A DNA stretch of 64,000 nucleotides, from positions 31,183,864 through 31,247,863 of the forward strand of contig NC_068990.1 in the NCBI RefSeq assembly GCF_001194135.2, read 5' to 3'. Each line of letters starts with the position of its first letter. Within the stretch, counting starts at the first letter, position 1. Positions 50,801 through 62,052 of the stretch are shown piece after piece. This stretch comes from Octopus bimaculoides. Taxonomy: Eukaryota. The translations under genes and the position numbers were made by a program. Under the pieces are notes generated by a model. It was not told where the DNA came from. It worked only from the letters and a program-made list of their open reading frames with translations, and did no database searches.

Positions 50801-53800
50801 CTATGAAAGTCATGTAGTTAGATATATTTTCACCTTCCATAGTTTCTGACTTTATGGATGTGTGTGTTTGTGTGTGTGTATACACACACACATATATATA
50901 GTTACATATACATACATAAATACACACATCTACACATACTTGATTTACAAAAAACAAGTTATAATTAATTTCAAAATCATTAGAATTGGTGATTTGGAAA
51001 TGGCCATGAAAATTTTTGAAGAGGTTTTGTACAGGAAAAGAAAATTTAAATATATAAAAAAGAATAGTTGGATACAGAACTACTTTGTATTGATTAAAAA
51101 ACAATTAAATTGACTTAAACCAATAGTCTTCAAAAGAACAAAAAAATGAGACGTGAAAATATCAATGAAGTATGATGTATTTCTTTCCATATTTTATAAC
51201 GGCATATTTTCCAATCATTTTTATGTGCAATGTATGTATAAAATAAACATATCCTTAGGCTTTCGTGAAACCAATTTCTATTCATGATAAGGATTTTTGA
51301 TACTTTCATGTACCATTCTCCAGGATTGTATTGCAAGGAAAAGGAAAAAAATGTCAATGCAAGTCAGAGGAATATATTTTCAAAATTTGCCTGCAATTTT
51401 CTAAGCTAATATTTGTAGGACTTCTTTTGATGTAGTTGATTTTACTTGTGGATACTGCTTCAGCAACTAACTAATCAACCATGAAATATTACTATAATTG
51501 ACAGTCAGAAAAAAATTGTAGAAGAAATTGTTGTAGAAAGCTTTAAAAAATGTATTTGCAGAAACATGGTACCTGGAAAAGGTTTGAAAATACACTAAAT
51601 GACATGAGTGATTAATAGGAGGAGGAGGAGGAGCTGCTGCCATTGCCACCACCACCACCACTATCTAATGCCTGCTTTCCATGCTGGATGGTTTGATAGA
51701 GTCCAGCAAGCTCCAGAGTCAGATTTGAAATGTTTTCTACAGTTGGATGCCCTTCTTAACAAGGTACTTTTTTATTTTGTGCTACTGGCACCAAGTAATC
51801 TCAAGAGGACATTAAGGCCAAAGTTATCTTGCTATAGAAGACATGGTTACCCTACATTGTGTATTATTTATAATGTTTAAGAGGAAAACAAAAACTACCA
51901 CTGTATTAGATATTCAGTATTTTATCCTTGCAACAAAAATTAAAACTTTTTCTTTTTAACATTTCTCTGATATAATGCGTTAGGAAGGGCATCCAGCTGT
52001 AGAAACTCTGCCAAATTTAGATTGGAGCCTGGTGTTGCCATCCGGTTTCACCAGTCCTCAGTCAAATTGTCCAACCCATGCTAGCATGGAAAGCGGACGT
52101 TAAACGATGATGATGATGATGATGATGATGATGAATTTATGTTGAAGCTATTTGAACAGAACAGTAGTTTCCATCCTTGAAGACCTACATATAAGGATAT
52201 ATATGTGCACATGTGTTAGAAATATATACATATATATACCTGGTAAAGATAAGTTCACAACTAAGTATGAATGAAGAACATTAAGAACTGACAATGATTA
52301 AAGCACCTTAACTCTTTCGTTATTGTATTTATTTTGAGATGCTCTGTGTTTCTTTCAATTACTTTAAATATAACAAAGAATTTAGTAAAATAACTCAGTT
52401 ATCATTCAGCTAGTTTTAGGAACATAAATTGTGACTAAAGTTTGGTGGAAGATTTTAATTCAAAACTTATGAAAACAAGACATCTGTACTCAGAGCCAGA
52501 GCTGGTTTCTGCCAGGTTGGTAACGAAAGAGTTAAAGTAAATATCAAAAATTCTTTGTTCATACCTATGTTAAATATAAAATTATTTACCTAAACTGAAC
52601 TTATAAATGGAAAAATTTTTTTTTTTTAACGGGATATATTACATTAAAAGGCATTCACAAGCAAAGACTGAGTCAGACAAAAAGAACTTAAAAAATCACC
52701 ATTACAGGTAGCTACAGATGTAGACAAGCACTCAAAGACAAGCAAATCAGTAAAACTCACAAAATACATAACTACTAAACTTTGAACAAATTCTCATGTG
52801 TTTATAACAGTGACTAATGCCCTGAGATCTACCAGTGGGTACTAACTTTTGGTTTCTATTTATATGTACTATGGGTCAGCATTCGCATTTAACTAAATCA
52901 CTAAATATATAAGTTAATGTTCAATTTTTAGATATAGTTTTTAAAGATATTCCCTTGAAACAGTTTCAGTCTACTTGTAACAAGGTTTCAATTACAGGTT
53001 AAAGGAATTTTGGAAAATTGATGTAAGGTTTTCAAATTTCAAATTGCTTTTAATAAGTATATTGATATTTCAAAGGGCAAAATTAACTAATCCTTAAAAA
53101 TGAAATATTTAAATCAATTATGATAACTTAAAGAAAATGAAATTCAATAATTACTGTGGATGATTAACTTTCCATTTTCTATAATGTACAAGTTCTGTCC
53201 AATGAAGACTTGTAAATTACAGATGAAATTGTTCTGACAGTTAAATGAAACATTGCCCCCCCCCCCAAGACAAAAAANNNNNNNNNNNNNNNNNNNNNNN
53301 NNNNNNNNNNNNNNNNNNNNNNNNNNNNNNNNNNNNNNNNNNNNNNNNNNNNNNNNNNNNNNNNNNNNNNNNNNNNNNNNNNNNNNNNNNNNNNNNNNNN
53401 NNNNNNNNNNNNNNNNNNNNNNNNNNNNNNNNNNNNNNNNNNNNNNNNNNNNNNNNNNNNNNNNNNNNNNNNNNNNNNNNNNNNNNNNNNNNNNNNNNNN
53501 NNNNNNNNNNNNNNNNNNNNNNNNNNNNNNNNNNNNNNNNNNNNNNNNNNNNNNNNNNNNNNNNNNNNNNNNNNNNNNNNNNNNNNNNNNNNNNNNNNNN
53601 NNNNNNNNNNNNNNNNNNNNNNNNNNNNNNNNNNNNNNNNNNNNNNNNNNNNNNNNNNNNNNNNNNNNNNNNNNNNNNNNNNNNNNNNNNNNNNNNNNNN
53701 NNNNNNNNNNNNNNNNNNNNNNNNNNNNNNNNNNNNNNNNNNNNNNNNNNNNNNNNNNNNNNNNNNNNNNNNNNNNNNNNNNNNATATATATATATATAA

Positions 53801-53881
53801 ATAAATATATATACAGATATATATATATACATATATATATATATCATCGTTTAACGTCCGCCTTCCATGCTAGCATGGGTT

Positions 53882-53929
<48 letters not shown>

Positions 53930-55254
53930 GCATATATATATGTACATGTACACATATATATGTAAATGTATAGAATCTGAAAAGAGTATTCCCACCAAAG
54001 TAGCTGCTCAGGTATTTCCAGCTTCAAAATAATGTGTGTGTGTGTGTGCATGTCAGCATGTGTGACTATATACCAATGTGTGCGCGTGCACACACACAAG
54101 TGTGGCTGTGTAGTTAAGAAGTTTGCTTCCCAACCACATAGGTTAAGTCCTGGGTAAGTGTCTTCTGTTATAACCCTGGACCAATGAAAGTTTGGTGATA
54201 GATTTGGTATGTGTGTGTGATAGATTTGGTATTTGGTTCATGATCATGAGGTTGTGAGTTTGGTCCCTGGTGGTGCATTGTGTCCTTGCACAAGACACTT
54301 TATTTCCCATGGCTCCAGTCCACACAGCTGGCAAAAATGTGTTGTACCTGTAATTCAAAGGGCCAACCTAGTCATACTCTGTGTCATGGTGAGTCTCACT
54401 AATAACTAAGTTAGGGGTATGCGTATCTGTGGAGTGCTTGGCCACTAGCACGTTAATTTCTGAGTTGGGTGTTCAGTTGATCATATTTACTGGAACACTT
54501 GTTGTAACTGATGGGGAGCCAGGCCATTGGCATCATTGTATTATCCACTTTTTTATGTTTACATGGGTTGGACTGAGTTTGTCGAAGTAGATTGTCTATC
54601 ACCAGATGCCCATCCTATAACTACCCTTCACCGGTTTCCAAGCAAGGCAATATATGTGTCTTGAGTATAACCAGCTGAAATTGCAAAGATAATCTGGAAC
54701 TCGACTGAGGAAAGAAAACTTCAAATGACCCATCCGTGTTTTTTCCTGTCCCTCTTTTGTAATATCTGTCTGAATGTTTTGTTGTCCCTTTTATTTGTAT
54801 CATCTAGCTGCCTGGATGTTTTGCATTCTTGTCCCATTTTTGTATTCCTTTATATATATATATATATATNNNNNNNNNNNNNNNNNNNNNNNNNNNNNNN
54901 NNNNNNNNNNNNNNNNNNNNNNNNNNNNNNNNNNNNNNNNNNNNNNNNNNNNNNNNNNNNNNNNNNNNNNNNNNNNNNNNNNNNNNNNNNNNNNNNNNNN
55001 NNNNNNNNNNNNNNNNNNNNNNNNNNNNNNNNNNNNNNNNNNNNNNNNNNNNNNNNNNNNNNNNNNNNNNNNNNNNNNNNNNNNNNNNNNNNNNNNNNNN
55101 NNNNNNNNNNNNNNNNNNNNNNNNNNNNNNNNNNNNNNNNNNNNNNNNNNNNNNNNNNGTCCCATGGATCGCAGATTAAATTTGTATACGCAAATTAAAT
55201 CTAGCCATGGAGGAATGTAGTGGCGGACAAAACACAAGACAGGAAAACAAACAG

Positions 55255-55299
<45 letters not shown>

Positions 55300-58200
55300 T
55301 AAATATGTATATATGTATATACACACACACACACACACATATATATACAAATAAGTGTATATCCTTCTATTAATGGACATTCAGTATATGTTTATGTGTT
55401 TGTGATGCTATATTTATACAGGAAAATGAACAAGAATTTTAAAACACATACAAACAACATAATTGCACATAAGTACTTGAACTGTATAGACATTGAAACA
55501 CATGTGAGTTGATATATCACATATAAACATAACAAGAATGGTAAACAGAAACATATAAATGTATGTAAATAAAATTGTTAAAAAAGAAATGATACTTCAA
55601 AATACACTGCACTACAACATAGCACTACGTTAAATACTTTTATAACTCATTCTTCAAAATGAACTCCATAATGTTCATTTATATGATGTATCATGTACAC
55701 ATATCAGATGAGATGGGTTTGTCCTACAAGCCTACAAAGCTAAGTCATATGGAGCTGAGACAAATTGTTATCAAATAATACACACACACATGCAATATTA
55801 CATAATGCTTAAAGTAAATGGAACTTGTGGAAAAGGGAGGCGCAAGAAGACATGAAAAATGAAATAGCGAAAGCTGATGAGAAGCTGTTGAGCCTCATGG
55901 TGATTACAAAGGAGTGAAATGATAGGCATTTCATTGTGCATGAGAAGACTCATCTGTCGTAGCGAAAGTGTGGTCTTAAAAGCATTATGTTTATGTCTAT
56001 CTATTCACTGGATCCCACTTTTGCATTGTCTGACCCCTTTAAGCTTACCCCCACCTCTCATCTTGCTAACATCCATCCTTTTATCACTCTTCTAACAGTG
56101 GTATTATTCAGTGCCATTGTTAGGCAGCAGATTCTGCACATATTTCACCCCCTTGGTGCAAGTAGTTATCTTCCCCTCTTCTTGAGACCTATACTTGTGA
56201 CATCCATCCCACATCCTCAGTATCATCCCTTCTCACTTTATTTTCCATATGATTCTGAGTTCAGTCTCATTGTATGGCACTGTAGGCAAGTGCATTCTAT
56301 TATAGCTCAGGCCAACTAAAGCATTGCGAGTAGATTTGGAACGAAGAACCTGAGAGAGCAGCCTGCTCATTGAATTATGTGAAATGGCTGACTATTCCAC
56401 AGTCATGTGTGTACTCTTGACATTCATTGTGATAGTAGTTGTCTCGTAATGTTTTCCTATCAAGTTATGTTTTGTGCTGCATGACTTGGTGCAAGAAGAC
56501 ACAGGTATCCTTTGAAACCCTCACATATCATTATTAATATAAACTGGACACTGAAGTTTGAAAATTGAATGAATAAGGAATGTGTTTATATGATTATACA
56601 AGTCTTGGTATCATACTTGAAATAAAGGGTGGATATATGTTTAAATTAAATGACAGATAGATGAATATATTTTTTTGAAAACAAAGGAAATTAAGAACAG
56701 AATATTTAATATGCAAATAAATTTAGTGATATTTCAAACATGTACACAATGAATCTCTTGATGATCTGCAAAATTACATTACTATGTCTACTCACCGATA
56801 ACAAACTCAAAATAATAGAGATCTTCAATTGCATCTCGTAATAATCGCATATCATTTTCAGAAAATTTAACTTTACATAATTCACGTTTTTGTTCATCCT
56901 CTGAAGAAAAGAATACAGAAACAATGCAAAAGTAGTTTTAAAAACAAGAAGTAATTAACAAAAACAAAGAAACAAAAAAAAAAATACAATTAATTAAACT
57001 TTTCCTAAATGTTATCTGTATAATTTTGCAACTTTATTTATGATAATTATACTTTTGAAGATATATATTTATGATAAAATAAAGTTACTTCAAAGTGGTG
57101 AAATTGGGAATATTATTTTTTTGTTTCAAAGCATAAAAGTGAAAAAATTTACATCAGTAATTTTAGGTGCACATTGCCTTTACCAAAAATATTGACTAGA
57201 CATATTAAGGTTCCAGCAGTATAAGTGAATGTCATGCAGATTTTGTTCACTTCACCTTTGCAAACAAGCTAAGATTCGCTAACATTATTGTACAATAGTA
57301 GACCTAATTTATTTCATCAGTGTTCAGCAGTAATGGAAATTGATGCAAGTGAGGATTATATCAGGGGGATGGCTTTCCTACACTTTTCAGCTTATGTCTA
57401 ACCTCCGACTGATTCCCAGCCTCAGCTTTGCAGACTTTAGTGTAACTCTACTTTCTAAAACCCCTTTCCATCATTGGTTTTCAGTATCCTATACTGAAGC
57501 ACAACAGAATGCAAAGTGTAAGAGTTGAACACTCATCTAATTTGTAAAAAATATAATTGGAAGGCTATGTATATGACATGATGACATGAAAAACATTTTT
57601 TATAAAGAAATTTTGTTAAATATTTAAATATATTTTGAAATTAAAGTTCTTTCACATTTCCCTATTTGATAACATCAATTTGATTTTCATTAAAAGTTAT
57701 AAAGCTATTTCGCTGTTTATTTATTTCAATGTTTCTTATAAATGTTTAAAAGTTATTTTCTTGATTTGTTGATTTCCCTTTCATATTTCACTATTTTATA
57801 GTTTTGATTTTACTTTAAAAGATAATACAAGAATACCTAGGGGATGGATTTCCTATACTTTTCAGCCTATAATGTCTAACCTTCAACTGATTCCCAGCCT
57901 CAGAGCTCTAGATGGATGTTCAACTCTTATACCTTGCATTCTAGTGTGCTTCAGTATACAATACTGAACACCAATGATGGAAAGGAGTTTTAGAAAGTAG
58001 ACTTAAATTCAAGGCTGCAAAGCTGAAACTGGGAATCAGTTGGCAGTTAGACATTATAAGCTGAAAAGTGTAGGGAATCCATCCTCCTAGTATACATATA
58101 TTATTTTTAAAGATGTATATATTGACTTATACTGACTTCCTTAATGAGTGCAAAAACTAAAATCATTATACAGTCGAGACTGCATGTTATCAAAGGATCT

Positions 58201-58786
58201 GATAATAACAGTTTTGTGCATTTTATAATGCTGAAAAATTGCCAAAGTAGATCACTATTTATGACAATTAAGAGATACATAATTCAGAAATATCATAGAA
58301 ATGAGTTGTAAAAAAGACCTGTCCTTCTTTCATTGATAGCAAAAGTCAGTGCAGTGTCACAAGTAGATGAAATAAAATAACTAAATTAAAATTCTAGATG
58401 AGAAAAATTATTGGTACTTATTTGCAATATGCTAATTTCTAAATTAATTTAATTTTCTGAAAACAAATATACAAGATATATGTTTGGTGAGGGAAGATGC
58501 AATAACCACAGTAATGATAAAGAGCTTTAAATCAAGCAAAAGCATATAAAAGAATTGTTTAAAAGCAAAGTGATAGGTAGGAATTATATATAGTAGGTGC
58601 AGGAGTGGCTGTGTAGTAAGTAGCTTGCTTACCAACCACATGGTTCCGGGTTCAGTCACACTGCGTGGCGCCTTGGGCAATATAGCCTTGGGCAATATAG
58701 CCTTGGGCCGACCAAAACCTTGTGAATGGATTTGGTAGACGGAAACTGAAAGAAGCCCGTCATATGTGTATATATATGTGTGTATA

Positions 58787-58829
<43 letters not shown>

Positions 58830-61800
58830 NNNNNNNNNNNNNNNNNNNNNNNNNNNNNNNNNNNNNNNNNNNNNNNNNNNNNNNNNNNNNNNNNNNNNCT
58901 GATGTTGGTGAGTCTACGTCCCTGTAACTCAGTGGTTCGGCAAGCGAGACCGATAGAATAAGTGCTGGGCTTACAAAGAATAAGTTCTGGGGTCAATTTG
59001 TTTGACTAAAGGCAGTGCTCCAGCATGACCGCAGTCAAATGAGTAGTTAGGCAGAAACATACTGGATTTACTTAAGACCATATGCTTATGCTTCAGATGC
59101 ACGAGTAAGAAGCAAGAAATAGAAAGTGCAAAGTAGAGAGCTTGACCTATAAGAAATAATAGCCAAAATCACCCATAAATCATATTCTATTATCTAAAAA
59201 GAAAGGACACAATGAATTATGTAGTTTTATTTCACATTTAAAAAAAAGAGTCATGAATAGAATTTCTTTGACAATGGATCTATCATATCAAAGTTGACCT
59301 GATCAAAACAAGGGCAGCTAAAGTGACACTATATATAATTCAAAATTATAAGAACCACTTAAAACATCAATGACTTCCATGCTGTTGGCAGAAGGTACAA
59401 AAATTCATAACATATCAATGATTAAACACACTATAGGCATTCGGTAGCATAACAGTAGGGGAAAAAAGTACATTATTTTATTAACAATATATGTCATTAT
59501 TGCCTGGAAATCATAATTTTTCCTTCAGTAATAAAAATCAAAACAAAAAACAAAAACACTAACTGGCACACTTATGCCCCCACCACCATACTAAACAGTA
59601 GACAAACACACACACACATGACCTACACTTCAAAAGACATGGGTAAAAATTATTTGACCACTCAGACACTTATGTAATGCAATCAATAGCTATTGTTCCT
59701 TCCAGCTGACCCCAAAACTGCATGTCCATATTAAGGTCACACCAGAATGATACTGCATTGTATTTCCCCAACCTGAGTCAAACAAACAGAAATTCATGCA
59801 TACAGCAAAATAACCAAAGCCAGACCTTGTGTATAAATGGTAATTAACTTTAGTGGACGACAAAGTTCAAGATGCTTACACACTAGCTTGTCTCCCTTGT
59901 AACCACCACAAAATCATTAATCATTCAAAATTCAACCCTTTAGTGTTCACATTATTGTGCCAAAATTAATGCTTTTTCATCTACATTGTTTTGAACTAAT
60001 CATACATTATCTTGTAGCTATGTGATTTTGATGAGGTAGCTGTTAATTTTTAAAACAATATTGTAAGGTTGGTGCAAGAGACCAGATCTGGCCAGTTTGA
60101 ACATAAAACAGGCAGAATACTTTTGGCCGGATATGGCCGGTTTAAATGCTAAAGGGTTAACGTGAATTATAAATGACAGCTTCTGTAAAGACTACACTAT
60201 GAAACACTGCTTGGCAATATATACTTCATTTCCCTATACCAGATGCCAGGAAATCTGGAGTAAGAATGTTTCTTGAAATGTACATGCAAGATTTTCTTGT
60301 TTTATCTGAACAGATATTTGTAACCCATCAGGCTTTTCTGTTAGATATACAGTTATTCAAAAACTGATGGCAAATGAGTCTTCACAGAAGTCAAATGTTT
60401 TTATTCATATACACTATGATAGATTAAGTGAATCACTTGTGTTGCATATTTAGCTTACTTGTAGGAGCAGCAAATTAATATTGGAACAGAGATAACACCT
60501 CTACATTTCTCATGATAATTATTTACAAAACAAAATTAGTAAAAACAGTTTAAGTATCTTTGAAATTTTAAATATATAATTCTTATTTATAAAGGACTTA
60601 CTTTTAAAATTTAGTTCATACAAAGAAACAGCCATACGATCTCCATCAAGGACCTCTCCTAAAGTAAGAGATTTGTGCTCGATCTGAAATGAAAGTTTCA
60701 AAATATTTGAAACACAACTTTTACAAACCATTGAAACTGCAGATAGAAATTTCAGCAATGAAAAAAAAAAAAAAAAAATCAGAAGACATAAATTTCTTAG
60801 CAATTCTTAACTTTATTGTTTCTCAACTGTTGTCTTCTAATTTACACTCAACATGTATTCCCACCATAATTTTGTAGGGATGTTGCCAGTTTTCTAATTT
60901 CAGATTTTAGGGTATGCCCTGGCACTTGCCACCATCTATATCTTTCTCTCTTCCATTACTCAACCATCCCATTTATATTTTGATCCTCATCCCTTGTGAG
61001 TATGCCTGGCATTTTACCACCATCTCTATCCTGTTGTCTCCCACTCTTTCTCTCTTCCTGCACTTCTTTAGATTGGGTAACTATGTAGTTCCTTTGTGGT
61101 AGCGCACCTGTTTCTGTTTCCATTCCTGATCTCTCTCTCTCTCTCTCTCTCTGGGTAACCTTGTACTTCCTCTACAGCAAGACACCTGTTTCTGTCTCAC
61201 TGTCTCACTTTAACCTTTCATCACCCGACACAAGATCACCTCCTTTAATGCCCACTCCCCTCTTGAAAGTTTTTTTTTTGTCTTGCGAGTACTTGGTGAC
61301 CCTGTCAGTGCAGATGCCACTTAAAAACACCCAAGTGGTTGGTACTCAGAAGAGCAACCAGTTGTAAAAACCTTGCCAAAACTGACCTCGCCTCTGCTTG
61401 TGCCATGTAAAAGTACTAAGTCCACTCTGCTGAATGGTTGGTGTTAGGAAGGGCATCCAGCTGTAAAAATCCTGCCAAAACAGTCACAGAAGTCTGGTGC
61501 AGGCTTCTGCCTGGCTGGCTCTTGAGAAACCATCCCACTGTGAATAGTGAATGGTGCACTGAGACACTCAAAAAGCTTAGAAAAGCCATTAGGAGTAAGA
61601 TATCTAACAAGAATCTGATAATGATCCACATTCACAATGATAATGTGCAAGCACATACAAAGGTGGCAACAGATCAGACAATGTCCAAACTGGGTTGGCC
61701 AGTGACCCTCTATCTACCGTACAACTCAGATTTGGTACACTGAAGGACAGGCTTTGGGGATCACAACTTGATGGCAAAATGAAGATGGTTATGAAGAAAT

Positions 61801-62001
61801 GGTTACAACAGTGTGCACCCAAATTTTTTGAAAGAGGGTTTGAGAATTAGGGGCAACAAATGTGCAAATTTATTGCTTGTGATGGAGACAGTAGAACCTT
61901 TGTATGGAGAAAGAGTTTACTAATCTACCACCGTGCAATCTGAACAGCCTATACCAATTGATAAATGTTATACTTACTTTTACATTACTTTTGGGATAAT
62001 T

Positions 62002-62052
<51 letters not shown>

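Noticed and set aside
50715-51570. Possible poison or alternative terminal exons of TM9SF1 (phase-1-compatible acceptors near 50845 and 51572)
   Set aside because: One has a CA-repeat in place of a pyrimidine tract; both lack independent support and give random-looking peptides.
45503-58996. Long ORFs containing X runs or YI/CV/HT repeats
   Set aside because: Artefacts of N gaps and dinucleotide microsatellites.
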